DNA from: an uncultured Chthonomonadaceae bacterium
GTDB lineage: Bacteria > Armatimonadota > Chthonomonadetes > Chthonomonadales > Chthonomonadaceae
Reading direction: 5' to 3'
Length of the DNA stretch: 64,000 bases
NCBI GenBank assembly: GCA_963817895.1
Contig: CAWFQB010000005.1
Coordinates: 352,001 to 416,000, forward strand
Part shown: positions 1 through 10,770 of the stretch, one piece after another
How positions within the stretch are numbered: position 1 is the stretch's first letter
Layout of the letters: every line of letters begins with the position of its first letter
The notes under the pieces: generated by a model
The model's database searches: none
What the model was told of the DNA's origin: nothing
What the model saw: the letters and a program-made list of their open reading frames with translations, nothing else
Made by a program: the position numbers and the translations under genes

Positions 1-919
1 TTTTGCCCAGGTAAATCACAGCCAGGCAAACCGCGCTCTGCTCGCTGACCTGATCCGTAATCCCGCGCCGGGAATGGCCCTGGCCCTGACACCCTGGCGG
101 CTAGATGCGCAACTACAGGCAAAATACAGCCAATCCGCCAGGGATTGGGATTTGCCCAACATTCGGCAGCGCGTTCAACGCCAACCGGTGGATGTGTTCG
201 GAAACGAACCCTTTGCCGCGCTGCTGAACAACCTGAACTATCGTCCGCGTCCCGTGTTTCAAAGCTACGCCTGCTATACGCCGTATTTGCAGGCTCTGAA
301 CAGCGCGTATTACAGCGGCGCGCAGGCTCCGGCTTTTGTGCTGTTCACGCTTGCCACCATAGACGATCACATGCCCGCGATGGAAGATGGAGCGACTCTC
401 CTGGAACTGTTGCGCCATTATCATCCTGTGATGGCAGAAAAAGGGTTCTTGCTGCTGGCGCGAAATTTTCCTGATTCCACCGAGTCGGACCTGCGCGAAC
501 CATCCGGTAGTCCGATTGGTTCGCGGCAGACGATTATGGCGGGGCAGGAGGTTCCCCTGCCTGATGAAGCGAACTGGCATCTGCTTTCCCTGCGTATCAA
601 GCCGACATGGCGAGAGATACTACGCGGAGTGGTTCTGCGTCCCACCCCGGTTACTCTGGTCTTGAACATGAAAAATGGTTCGTCCCGACGCTATCGGATC
701 ATTCCTGAAGTGTCACAAGACGCGTTTTTGCTGGACCCGCTTGTGGAAAATGAACAGGATATGCTGGCGTTGTATGGACGTTCGCAGGACAAGCGCATAC
801 GCAGTTTTCATGTAGAAGTCATGGGGCAGCCCGGACAATGGAAACAAGCGCAGGTTGAAGCGATTATCACGCCCCGTTCGCCGCCCGCAACGCCATTGAC
901 GGCGACTATAAAGTTCTAA
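1..919 (+). CDS. C-terminal part of a membrane protein (5' end outside window); paralog of 3514..5573
   Basis: Shares NYxPRPVxQSY, IDxxxPxxxD and EKGFLLLxRN motifs with the 3514..5573 product; the frame is open to the window edge. Confidence 0.7.
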   Translation, partial: FAQVNHSQANRALLADLIRNPAPGMALALTPWRLDAQLQAKYSQSARDWDLPNIRQRVQRQPVDVFGNEPFAALLNNLNYRPRPVFQSYACYTPYLQALNSAYYSGAQAPAFVLFTLATIDDHMPAMEDGATLLELLRHYHPVMAEKGFLLLARNFPDSTESDLREPSGSPIGSRQTIMAGQEVPLPDEANWHLLSLRIKPTWREILRGVVLRPTPVTLVLNMKNGSSRRYRIIPEVSQDAFLLDPLVENEQDMLALYGRSQDKRIRSFHVEVMGQPGQWKQAQVEAIITPRSPPATPLTATIKF

Positions 920-980
920 TACTTTTGCTCATCTCGCAGACATTTTATCGCGCTTCGTTCCCGGCTCCTGGAGGCAACGC

Positions 981-1805
981 ATGTCAATCGAAAACCAGAC
1001 ACCCTATTTTTCTATGGTCATCCCGGCGCACAACGAAGAGGGGTGCATCGAGCGCACCTGCGTGAGCATCATTGAGGAGTTTGAACGCCAGGGCATTGCC
1101 GATATAGAGCTTCTGGTGGTCAATGACAACAGTTCCGACGGCACGGAAGCGATTTTGCAGGACTTGTCGCGCCGCTACCCAACCATTTTGCGCTATCTGA
1201 ACAACACGCCGCCGCATGGCTTCGGGTTTGCCGTGCGCCGGGGACTTGAGAATTACCGGGGCGAGTGCGTGTGCATCGTGATGGCCGATTTGTCCGACAG
1301 CCCGCAAGATGTCGCCGTGTACTACGCCAAAATGCGCGAGGGTTACGAGTGCGTGTTCGGATCGCGATTTATCAAGGGCAGCAAAATCATTGATTATCCG
1401 CAGTTCAAGTTATATGTGAACCGTTGCGCTAACTGGTTCATCAAGCGGCTGTTCAGACTGCCCTACAACGACATCACCAACGCCTTCAAATGCTACCGGC
1501 GCGACGTGATGGACGGTCTACAGCCCCTGATCTCGTACCACTTCAACCTGACCGTAGAGTTGCCGCTGAAAGCTATCGTGCGCGGTTACAACTACGCTGT
1601 CGTGCCAATCTCCTGGACAAATCGCGATGTGGGCGTGTCCAAATTGAAAATCAAAGAGATGGGCAGCCGCTATCTGTTCATCGTTTTGTACGTGTATCTG
1701 GAGAAGAAGCTTTCCAAGCGGGACTACCATCGAACCACGTTGGAAAAGCACACGATGTCCGCCAAAGATACTGAAACTTCCGCATCGCCGTCCGTATCTT
1801 CGTAA
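981..1805 (+). CDS. Glycosyltransferase family 2 (DPM1-like polyprenol-phosphate glycosyltransferase)
   Basis: SMVIPAHNEE, VVNDNSSDGT, MADLSD, GSRF and DITNAFK motifs; GGAGG RBS. Confidence 0.9.
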   Translation: MSIENQTPYFSMVIPAHNEEGCIERTCVSIIEEFERQGIADIELLVVNDNSSDGTEAILQDLSRRYPTILRYLNNTPPHGFGFAVRRGLENYRGECVCIVMADLSDSPQDVAVYYAKMREGYECVFGSRFIKGSKIIDYPQFKLYVNRCANWFIKRLFRLPYNDITNAFKCYRRDVMDGLQPLISYHFNLTVELPLKAIVRGYNYAVVPISWTNRDVGVSKLKIKEMGSRYLFIVLYVYLEKKLSKRDYHRTTLEKHTMSAKDTETSASPSVSS

Positions 1806-1843
1806 CCTGCCTGCGCGGCAGAAGCAGGCCGTTCCTGACGACA

Positions 1844-3385
1844 ATGGAGGACTCCATGCCTCCATTTGCCTGTGAAAAGGAAACCTTGATGACAGACAAG
1901 AACGAGAGGCAGTCACCCGGGCTAAACCATAGTCGGAAATACTGGATGTTGGCCTGGGGAGTACCCTGCCTGATCTTCGCGTTCTTGATGTACATGGTGT
2001 TTCATTACGCGGTGGACGCGCCCTACTACGATCAGTGGCTCGGCATATCCCTGTTTGTCAAAGCGCAGCGCCATGAACTGACCTGGATGGACGTTTGGGC
2101 GCAGCATAATGAGCATCGCATACTGCTGCCGAACCTGATTATACTGGGATTAGCGCGCTGGAGTGGTTGGAACATTCGGTGGGAGCTTGCCACCAGTCTT
2201 ATTCTGGGAATTGGCATCTATGCTGTTTACGCCTGGCAGATCGAGCGTACCGCCACCAGGATGCGGGACGCTGCCATGCTGTGGCTGCTGCCCGTGATTG
2301 CTGTGGCCGTGTTTTCGCTGCGGCAATACGAGAATTGGCTGTGGGGCTTTCAGCTGTGCATGTTCCTCAACGTCCTGATGGTGACAATGGGCTTTGCTCT
2401 TCTGACGCGCCGCGCTCTGACCTGGACCACGCTGCTGGCGGCGCTGGCCTGCGGCCTGGGCGCGACATTCTCTTTCGGAAATGGCTTGCTCTACTGGCCC
2501 CTGGGCCTGGCCCTGCTGTTTATGCTTGCGCCGAAATTACAACGGCGACAGTTCCTTATCGCCTGGATAGTAACCGCATTGCTCACCGTTATTGTCTACT
2601 TTCACGGCTATTCCACGCCCCCCAACGCTCCGCCCCTTCAATTTTTGCGCCATCTCCTGAAGTCCGTAGTGTTTTTTGTCGCTTATTTAGGATCATTCAG
2701 CGGCGGCGTGTTCGGAATGTACGCAGCCCTGGCGGCAGGCAGCATCGGCCTCGCGTTGTTCAGCATGGCAACCTGGCGGTTGCTTCGCAACAGGCAAGTG
2801 GACTGGAAACTCCTGATGCCCTATTGGGCATCAGGCTCTTACGCGCTTGCAAGCGGGCTTCTTACCATCCTGGGCCGCTCACAATCCAGTGTCCTCTTCT
2901 CACTCACCTCGCGTTACACGACAATTTCCGAACTGTTTTGGATTTCCACGCTGATTCTGACATACCTGTGGCTACGGCAAAGCGCCCGCCAACCGGAGCC
3001 TGACGAATCCGTAAACACGCCATCCGGCAACACCGGGGACACGCGGCCCGCTTACGGCAACGAGGAACGCGCGGCGAGTGATAGCGGCAAGGTCGTCGGC
3101 AGAAGGGGTCGGATTCCGGGCAGGGAGATGGGCGCATTGGCCGCGTTTGGTGTCGTATTCGTCTGCGCCTCCCTGTTGAGCCGACAAAATTTTCAGCAGT
3201 GGCACGACACGAAGATCGAGGCGCAGCAGCGACTGCTTACGGAACCTCTGCAGCCCGACCGCCAGGAACTCTATTCGAGCCTGCTGCCGTCGCCGTGGAC
3301 CTACGTTATTTTTGAGGAAGTTCCCGTGATGAAGCAGTATCATCTGGGTATCTTCCGTAATGCTGACGCGACACAGAAACGCTGA
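1844..3385 (+). CDS. Polytopic membrane protein, probable GT-C-fold glycosyltransferase
   Basis: About 12 hydrophobic segments; first loop carries YDQW...WAQHNEHR; ENWLWGFQ and SRY motifs; start codon uncertain. Confidence 0.65.
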   Translation: MEDSMPPFACEKETLMTDKNERQSPGLNHSRKYWMLAWGVPCLIFAFLMYMVFHYAVDAPYYDQWLGISLFVKAQRHELTWMDVWAQHNEHRILLPNLIILGLARWSGWNIRWELATSLILGIGIYAVYAWQIERTATRMRDAAMLWLLPVIAVAVFSLRQYENWLWGFQLCMFLNVLMVTMGFALLTRRALTWTTLLAALACGLGATFSFGNGLLYWPLGLALLFMLAPKLQRRQFLIAWIVTALLTVIVYFHGYSTPPNAPPLQFLRHLLKSVVFFVAYLGSFSGGVFGMYAALAAGSIGLALFSMATWRLLRNRQVDWKLLMPYWASGSYALASGLLTILGRSQSSVLFSLTSRYTTISELFWISTLILTYLWLRQSARQPEPDESVNTPSGNTGDTRPAYGNEERAASDSGKVVGRRGRIPGREMGALAAFGVVFVCASLLSRQNFQQWHDTKIEAQQRLLTEPLQPDRQELYSSLLPSPWTYVIFEEVPVMKQYHLGIFRNADATQKR

Positions 3386-3513
3386 CAGCGATTGCGCGTC
3401 TTACACTTCCGCGCGTATTCGCTTCAGATTTTTGGTTGACTAAATCGTAAACTGCCGACTGTCGGAGCAGAACTACATGCGCATCCCCGCGCCTACATCA
3501 CGGAATTAAGGAT

Positions 3514-5573
3514 ATGACAACGCTCAATAAGGCCCAGACAGACGAACAGGCAAACAACCGCGACGATAGATCATTTCCCACTATCGCGTTCGCCTGGCGG
3601 CGCTATGCTCGTGACCCGAAGCAGTTGCTGTTTGGCGCGACTATTGTGTTCCTGTGGCTCCAACTGATTAACTATGCCACTGTACCCGTATTTTCCGAAG
3701 GCTATCTGGACGTCTCCTGGCAGTATTGCAACGCTTTCTTTCTTGAACATTCCCTGCGAGCCGGTATTGATTACGTGTTTCCCTCCGGCCTGCTGGGGTT
3801 TTTCTACGGAAACGTTTACGATAGCCGACTCTTCTGGTTTCAATGGGCGTGGGAACTTATCTTCGCAGGCTTCGCGACGGCAAAGATAGCGCAGGTTTGT
3901 CGGCGCTATCCCTCCCTGTCAGCGCGTATCGGCATCCTGTTGACAACCGCGATTGTACTGTCGTATGTTACGGATGTTATCTATTATATCGTCCTGCTGA
4001 TCATTGCCACAAATCTGATGGATCGCGAGCCGCGCAAGCCGCTGTCCCTTGTCCCGGATGCCCTGGCTCTGATCGCGCTATCGCTTCTGAAATTCAATTT
4101 TCTTGTCATGGCGGCGCAAATCCTCCTGATTGTCCTTGTCGCCGGCGGCGCGGAGCGCCGCCGTTCCTCCCTGATATTGCTGACGGCCCATGTTGTCGGC
4201 TATTTGTTGTTCTGGCTCCTGTTGAAACAGCGCCTTTCCGATCTGCCTGTTTACCTCAAGAATATGGTAATTCTCAGCGGGGGATACATGCAGGCGATGG
4301 GCTGGACGGTAGGGGACATTCTGCCTTTTACAGGCGTTCTTCTGATGGCGGCCTTCCTCTATATTCTGGCGCAGGCCAACAAAGACAAGACCACTCGCTC
4401 TCTTCCCTTAGCCATCCTGTTTGTAGTGATCCTGCTGCAGATATTCAAGCATGGCTTCGTGCGCAACGATCACGCCGGAGTGTTTTTCGGCAGCATGATG
4501 TTTGCTTTATTCCTTGTGCCGGTCGCATCTGGAACCTACCGCCCGCTTTCGCGCAAAAGCAGGGCGCTTTTAGCCTTCAGTCTTGTTGCCTGCTGGCTTG
4601 GCAACAACGTTGCCCTGGAATGGAACAGCAGAGTGAACGGGGGCTTCTGGCGGCATACCGTTGCAAGCGCGATGTACGTGTTCGCGCCCACTTTAACTCA
4701 GCGCCAGCTCAACGCGTTATGCTGAACAGGCGCAGATATGGAACCTGCCCCGTATCAACGCCATTGTCGGCAATTCTACCGTAGATGTCATGGGCTACAG
4801 CCAGTTCATCGCCTTCCTGCACGACTGGAACTACGATCCGCGCCCTGTTTACCAGAGTTACTGCGCCTTCACCCCCGCGCTGTTGAAACTGAATGGCGAT
4901 TTTTATCGCGGCGCCCGCGCCCCCCGCTATGTTCTGATGCGCCTTGAAAGCATTGACGAACGCATACCCACGCTGGATGACGCGGATGTCCTGTCCGTAC
5001 TCTGGCAGCAGTACCATCCGGTAGCGGTAGAAAAAGGGTTTCTGCTTCTGAGCCGGAACGCGCCGTCGGCTGTAAACCATGCTGTCGCTCCGTCGTTCCC
5101 TGCAAAAACATCGTTCGTGAAGTCATCGCGTAGTCCACTTCTGGGAGGCGGTTCCACTTCCTGACGACGCGCAATGGCATTTGATCTCGCTGCGCGTGAA
5201 ACCATCGCTGTCGGGCCAGTTACTCGGCGCGGCCCTGCGTCCCAAACCCGTTCTCGCGCGTATCGAAATGAACGATGGCGCGTCGGTCCGCTATCGTTTG
5301 ATCCCGGCGATGGGGCAGAAATTTTTTCTGATAGACCCCGTTTTGAAAACTACCAGAGATGTGGTCGCCCTGTACGGGGGCGTGGCAAACCGGCGCGTTC
5401 GCAGTTTCGCCGTGGAACAAGAGGCGCGCAAAGGAGTGTGGTCGGTGGATCGTATCGAAATAGACATTCTCTCCTGTCCTTCTCAAATACGACAGCCGCT
5501 CTCCCCTGCGGAAACGCGCGCTCTGCTGTTGCCGGATGGCTGGCAGGCGCCGGATGCATCTGCCCTGAAATGA
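3514..5573 (+). CDS. Polytopic membrane protein with C-terminal extracytoplasmic domain (two apparent frameshifts near 4720 and 5150)
   Basis: ORFs 3514..4725, 4790..5164 and 5181..5573 join into one protein colinear with the 1..919 paralog; LDVSW, FKHGFVRxD and PRPVYQSY motifs. Confidence 0.65.
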
Positions 5574-5639
5574 TCGCGGATGCCCCTGTTAGTAACGCGA
5601 CAGAAAATTATTCATTAAAATTGAGGGAAATATACGTCT

Positions 5640-6425
5640 ATGCTAAAACAATCTACTGACAATGCGCCCGCTTCAAGCCGGTCAGACGACAACGCGATTT
5701 CTGCCGTTGCCAGCTCCGAGAGCGCTTATTTCGATAAGCTGGTGAGCGGCGAAGGCGACTTCAATCCGTTCAAAGAGCGCGGCTGGCAAACTCTTGCCCA
5801 ACGCTTTGCCGCCTGGGTTCCCACGCGGACACCCCTGGATATTCTGGACGTGGGCTGCGGAACCGGGCAGTCGCGTCAGCTTTATATTGCGCATGCCCGC
5901 TCGTATATGGGCATTGACCTTTCCGAGGAAGCGCTGGCGATTGCGCGACGCAATTACCCGGATGATGAGTGGCAGCGCGCCAATGCCTGTGAACTGCCCT
6001 TCGAGGCCAACCGCTTCGATGTCGTGGCATTCAGCAGTGTCCTGCATCATATTCCCGACTACGGGCAGGCCGTTCGCGAAGCGCAGCGCGTACTCAAACC
6101 GGGCGGCTTCGCGTTCGCCTTCGATCCCAACGCGCTGCATCCGGCTATGGCGCTGTTTCGACATCCCAAAAGCCCCCTGTATCTGCGGCAGGGCGTCAGC
6201 CCGAATGAGCGTCCCTTGCTGCCGCGCAGTCTGCATCGAGCATTCGAAACCGCCGGCTTGCGGCACATTCAGCAGCGCGGCCAATCCGATCTTCCCTACC
6301 GCGCCGTCGCGCCCAAACTGATCAACACGTTTCTGTCGGCTTACAACGCGGGCGACTGGGTCTGGGAGCGTGTCGGATTGGGACGCTGGTTCGGGACGTT
6401 CGTCATTACCTGCGGGCAAAAGTAG
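5640..6425 (+). CDS. Class I SAM-dependent methyltransferase
   Basis: ILDVGCGTG motif I; LPF..FDVV..VLHHI; VLKPGG. Confidence 0.9.
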   Translation: MLKQSTDNAPASSRSDDNAISAVASSESAYFDKLVSGEGDFNPFKERGWQTLAQRFAAWVPTRTPLDILDVGCGTGQSRQLYIAHARSYMGIDLSEEALAIARRNYPDDEWQRANACELPFEANRFDVVAFSSVLHHIPDYGQAVREAQRVLKPGGFAFAFDPNALHPAMALFRHPKSPLYLRQGVSPNERPLLPRSLHRAFETAGLRHIQQRGQSDLPYRAVAPKLINTFLSAYNAGDWVWERVGLGRWFGTFVITCGQK

Positions 6426-6445
6426 ACGCTTACGAATACCACTCC

Positions 6446-7801
6446 ATGAACAAACGCAGCGCGCCATCCAAAACTCTCCTGATGTTCGTTATTCCCTGCC
6501 TGTGCTTTACCCTGCTGGCCTTTTTGACGCTGCATTATGTGATTGCCGTGCCGATACTTGACCAGTGGGAGCTGGTCCCGCTCCTGCAAAAGTCGTATCA
6601 GGGGCAACTGGCGTTCGGCGATTTATGGGCGCAGCACAACGAGCATCGGCTGCTGTTTCCACGCCTGATTATGCTTGGTCTGGCGCGTTTGAGCCACTGG
6701 GATTTGCGATGGGAACTGGTCACGAGTCTGTTGCTTGCGGTGGGAATTTTGAGCGTAGTGGGCATTCAACTGCGGCAAACCGCGAAAATCGTGAAAGACG
6801 ATACGCTCCTCCGCCTGCTTCCGGTCGCTTCCATTGTAGTGTTTTCCCTGCGTCAGAGTGAAAACTGGATGTGGGGCTGGCAACTGGCGATTTTCCTGAA
6901 CATTCTGGCGGTCGTGGCCGGCATCGCTTTGCTGACGCATCCCGCGCCGACATGGGGAAAGTGGATTGGAGCGGTGTGTTGCGGCGTGGTTGCCACCTAC
7001 TCCTTTGCCAACGGCCTGCTCTTCTGGCCCCTGGGCGCGTTTGCGCTATGGGCGAATACGCGCGACAGCACATTCAGGGCGCGTATGGCGGGCTGGTGTG
7101 TGTGCGCCGTGTTGACGGCAGCCTCCTACTTTTATCAGTACGCCAAGCCGCCCGACAGTCCGCCCCTGCTGTACACGCTGTCCCACCCGTTCACGTTCGC
7201 GGCCTACTTTTTGAGCTACATCGGCGCGTTTATCAGCATCAAGGATACGCCTGTAATTGGCGTGTGCATGGGCCTTGTGGGACTGGCGCTGCTGATACTG
7301 GCCTGGCGCAGCCTGCGGCAAAACGGCAAAATTCCCCCTGAAGCCCTGACGCCCTACCTCGCGTATGCCCTGTACGTCCTTCTCAGCGCGTTGGTCAGCA
7401 CGGTAGGACGCGCGGGCTTTGGAGCCAAACAGGCGATGGCGTCACGGTATCTGACGATTTCAGAATTGTTCTGGATTGCGATTCTGGTGATGGGATACCT
7501 GACGGCGCGGCAGCGCGAAGCAACGCAGACTTCGGCACAGACGGAACGGTGGGCCAGGCGCGTCCTTGTCGTGGCAGGACTGGTGTTCGCGGTCAACTCG
7601 CTGAAAAACATTCGCGCTTTCCCGCAGCAATATGCTTTCGCGCAACCGGTTGAGCGGCAGATGCTGTTGCTCAACTACAAAGCCAGCGCAAAACTATCGC
7701 TTACGCCCAATGTTGTCGAGGAACGCGCCCCGTTTTTGCGGCAGCATCGTCTTGCTTTGTACCGGGGAGATAGGAGATACGAGATACGAGATAGGAGATA
7801 G
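6446..7801 (+). CDS. Polytopic membrane protein, probable GT-C-fold glycosyltransferase; paralog of 1844..3385
   Basis: LDQW...WAQHNEHRLLFP, ENWMWGWQ, SFANGLLFWP and SRYLTISELFWI shared with 1844..3385. Confidence 0.65.
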   Translation: MNKRSAPSKTLLMFVIPCLCFTLLAFLTLHYVIAVPILDQWELVPLLQKSYQGQLAFGDLWAQHNEHRLLFPRLIMLGLARLSHWDLRWELVTSLLLAVGILSVVGIQLRQTAKIVKDDTLLRLLPVASIVVFSLRQSENWMWGWQLAIFLNILAVVAGIALLTHPAPTWGKWIGAVCCGVVATYSFANGLLFWPLGAFALWANTRDSTFRARMAGWCVCAVLTAASYFYQYAKPPDSPPLLYTLSHPFTFAAYFLSYIGAFISIKDTPVIGVCMGLVGLALLILAWRSLRQNGKIPPEALTPYLAYALYVLLSALVSTVGRAGFGAKQAMASRYLTISELFWIAILVMGYLTARQREATQTSAQTERWARRVLVVAGLVFAVNSLKNIRAFPQQYAFAQPVERQMLLLNYKASAKLSLTPNVVEERAPFLRQHRLALYRGDRRYEIRDRR

Positions 7802-7843
7802 GAGAAGTATTAACTCGTATCTCGTATCTCCTATCTCCTATCT
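7766..7843. repeat. Inverted pair of heptamer arrays (SGAGATA)n / (TATCTCS)n between convergent genes
   Basis: About 5.5 copies then about 4.5 reverse-complement copies; both genes' stop codons lie inside the arrays. Confidence 0.9.
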
Positions 7844-8632
7844 TCTTTCCACATCGCCGTTATTGGCCGCGTCGTAGGCGGTTCGCAGGTGGGTGAGCGC
7901 GTAGGTGACTTCGCCGCCAAAATCCGCGCCGAAACCGCACTCGATGGATACCCGAGCATCGTACCCGGCGTCGCGTAAAACTCCGAAGAGGGATACGTAA
8001 TCGTAAGAACCCGTGCCGGGAGCGAGCCGCCCATCGTCCGCCACATGTACGTGCGCCAGAACGTCGCGGGCTTCGATCAGGGCTGTTAGCGGTTCCCCCT
8101 CCTGCTCTATATGGTACGTGTCGCCTAAATCGCGGATGCCGGGACGCGCGATCTGCCGCGCCCATTCCGCCCCTTCGCTTACCAGATTGATGATGTTGGA
8201 TTCCGCTTTCCGCAAAGGTTCAATGGCAACTACAATTCCGGTTTGATCCGACACGTCCGCGCACAGATTCAGAAAATGGCGCAATTGGCGATGCGCGGTT
8301 TCGAGGTCAAAACCCTCCGGCACATTCCGCGCCCCGCCGCTGCCGAACACGATGATTTTGCCGCCGATTTCCGCCGCGCGCGTCAGAGCCGTTTGCACAT
8401 AGCGGGTCAGGACTGGAAAATCCACGTCCGGGCCGACGATCTTCCCCGTCCGCACAAACGAGTTGAATGTTTCCGGCGGCAGGGGCAGTTCCCGCAAGCG
8501 GCGGCGCGTTTCCGGCCATCCGCTTTCGTCCACCGCCATTACATCTTCAGCAATAGACAACTCGATAAAGTCATAGCCCGCTTCCGCCAGAACGTCGGCC
8601 TTTTCCGGCCCCGCGCATACTCCGAACCGCAT
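7838..8632 (-). CDS. Sugar phosphate isomerase/epimerase (xylose isomerase-like TIM barrel)
   Basis: GYDFIEL, VFGSGGAR, IEPL, DTYH, HVHVAD and SIEC metal-ligand pattern. Confidence 0.85.
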   Translation of the reverse strand: MRFGVCAGPEKADVLAEAGYDFIELSIAEDVMAVDESGWPETRRRLRELPLPPETFNSFVRTGKIVGPDVDFPVLTRYVQTALTRAAEIGGKIIVFGSGGARNVPEGFDLETAHRQLRHFLNLCADVSDQTGIVVAIEPLRKAESNIINLVSEGAEWARQIARPGIRDLGDTYHIEQEGEPLTALIEARDVLAHVHVADDGRLAPGTGSYDYVSLFGVLRDAGYDARVSIECGFGADFGGEVTYALTHLRTAYDAANNGDVERR

Positions 8633-8649
8633 AATAAACCTCCAATTCA

Positions 8650-8781
8650 AGAAAAGGAGAAAAGGAGAAGAGGAGAAGAGGAGAAAAATACACGATTGAC
8701 AATAATTTTACGTGACAAACAAGGCTCTTTATTCTTGCGCAAGTCAGTATTCATTCTCCTCTTCTCCTTTTCTTCTCTTCT
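8650..8781. repeat. Inverted pair of octamer arrays (AGGAGAAR)n / (YTTCTCCT)n
   Basis: Purine arm 8650-8687, pyrimidine arm 8754-8781. Confidence 0.85.
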
Positions 8782-9770
8782 ACGCCGTGTGCGCCAATGT
8801 GTCCGCTGTGACGACGCACAGGGGCGCGTTGCCGGACAGGTACGCGGCGATGTCGTTGACGGCCTGCCGTCCGATAAGGGTAGCGGGCGGGCCGGCAATG
8901 TGGGATGTGTACACGACGTTGGGCAGGGTTCGCAACGGGCTGTCTGTGGCGGCAGGTTCGGGCGCGGACACGTCTAGAAACGCGAAAAGCCGTCCCTGTT
9001 GTAGTTCGGCAGTAAGGGCCGGTTCGTCAATACACGCGCCCCGCGAGGTGTTGATGAAAATCGTATCGTCGGGCATGGCGGCAAAGTGAGGCGCGGCAAG
9101 GGCGGGGCGGCAGGCGGGAACGTCCGGCGTGTGCAGCGTCACCACATCGCTGCGTCGGCACAGGTAAAGCAGGTCGTCCACCAGTGTTACGCCCATGTCT
9201 CGCGCCTGCGCGTCGGAAACGTAGGGGTCGTACAGCAGTATCGTCGGCTCGAAGGGGCGCAACAGTTTTATCACGCGCCTGCCCACTTCCGACGCGCCGA
9301 TAACGCCCACAGTGGCCCCGAAAATCACGCGACAACGGGCGGGTTTGGGCGCGATTCCCTGCCGATTGGCAGAGGCGTTGGGAAACACGCCCCGCAGTCC
9401 CAAAATGATTTCGGGCCAGCGTCATTTCGGCAACGCAGTCTGCAATGGCCGTTTTGCACGAGGCGATAGTCAGACTGCGCCCGTCAAGATGCGGCCCGAA
9501 GAAATGCTTCACGGTTCCCGCCGCGTGTTCCCAAAGCTTCAGGTTGGGACAGGCGGACAATAATTGCGCGTTCGGCCAGGGCGTCTGCCACGAGCCAATG
9601 CCAATCTCACAACCCGCAAGTAAATCGCAGGCGGCGTCAACAGTAATCGGTGTGGGCGAGTCCGTCGCCGTAACCTCGCCCAATGTTTGCAGCCGCTCCC
9701 AATCTTCCGGGCGAAACAGTTGATGGCGCAAATCCGTGTCGATAACAACGCCGATTTTGGTGTGCGCCAT
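8780..9770 (-). CDS. D-isomer-specific 2-hydroxyacid dehydrogenase (frameshift near 9410)
   Basis: HAAGTVK in the first frame; VGVIGASEVG, YDPY, INTSRG, AFLDV..PEP and TSHIAG in the second frame. Confidence 0.85.
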
Positions 9771-9784
9771 GCGCTTTTATCCTT

Positions 9785-10663
9785 TCAGACAAAAGAATCT
9801 GCCGATGAAGAGAGTTCGCCGCGCAGTATCGTGACAGCCTGCCCGCCGAGTTTGACGCGCTCACCCTCTACGCGAACCTGAATGACGCCGCCACGCCGTG
9901 ACGCCTGATAGCCAATGAGATCGTTTTTACCCAATCGCTCGGCCCAGTACGGGCCGAGGCAGCAGTGCGCCGAGCCGGTCACGGGGTCTTCGTCCACGCC
10001 CACAGCCGGGGCGAAAAAGCGCGACAGGAAATCGTATTTTTGGTTGGGAGTGTCGCTGTTGGAAACTTTGCTGTCAAGGGTTTCTGCGCGGGCGGTGACA
10101 ATGATACCGCGACAGGGAATTCGGCTTAACAGGCCCATATCGGGGCGCAACTCGCGCAGTACCGTTGTATCTGAGACTTCCACGAGGTAGTCCATGCGGT
10201 TGCGTCCGATCCAGACGGGAGAAACATTTAAGGCTGCCAGAAGTTCGGGCGGCGCGGGAGCGGGCAGGGCGGGTTCGGCGGGGAAATCCAGCGTAATAAG
10301 GGAGTTGGAACGAGAAGCCGTCAGGACGCCGCTGCGGGTATGGAAGCGGAGTGGGGTGTCAGGAGAAGCGTAGCCCTCTTCCCAGAGTACGTGCGCGCTT
10401 GCCAGCGTGGCATGTCCGCACAGGTCAACCTCCACAAGCGGCGTGAACCAGCGCAGGGAATACTCGCCTGCCGGACTGTTCGCGCCCCCAATCTCCTCTT
10501 TCTCCAGGGGAAGCAAAAAAGCGGTTTCGGCCAAATTCATCTCCATAGCCACCGCCTGCATCCACGCCTCACCGCGCTCCTGTTCCACAACGCAAACGGC
10601 GGCGGGATTTCCCCCGAACGGCCTGTCCGTAAACGCATCCACCTGAACGATCCGCTGTGCCAT
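9785..10663 (-). CDS. PhzF family isomerase
   Basis: QVDAFT..FGGNPAAV, NLAETAF, EVDLCGHATLA and EDPVTGSAHC. Confidence 0.93.
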   Translation of the reverse strand: MAQRIVQVDAFTDRPFGGNPAAVCVVEQERGEAWMQAVAMEMNLAETAFLLPLEKEEIGGANSPAGEYSLRWFTPLVEVDLCGHATLASAHVLWEEGYASPDTPLRFHTRSGVLTASRSNSLITLDFPAEPALPAPAPPELLAALNVSPVWIGRNRMDYLVEVSDTTVLRELRPDMGLLSRIPCRGIIVTARAETLDSKVSNSDTPNQKYDFLSRFFAPAVGVDEDPVTGSAHCCLGPYWAERLGKNDLIGYQASRRGGVIQVRVEGERVKLGGQAVTILRGELSSSADSFV

Positions 10664-10770
10664 ACGCGCGTCCTCTCCTCCGTGACAACAGCCCAATACG
10701 GAACAATGCTGTCCTTGCCGGTATATTTCGTTTTCGGGGGAGTATTTCCTTCTCTTTTCTGTGTTCTTGT

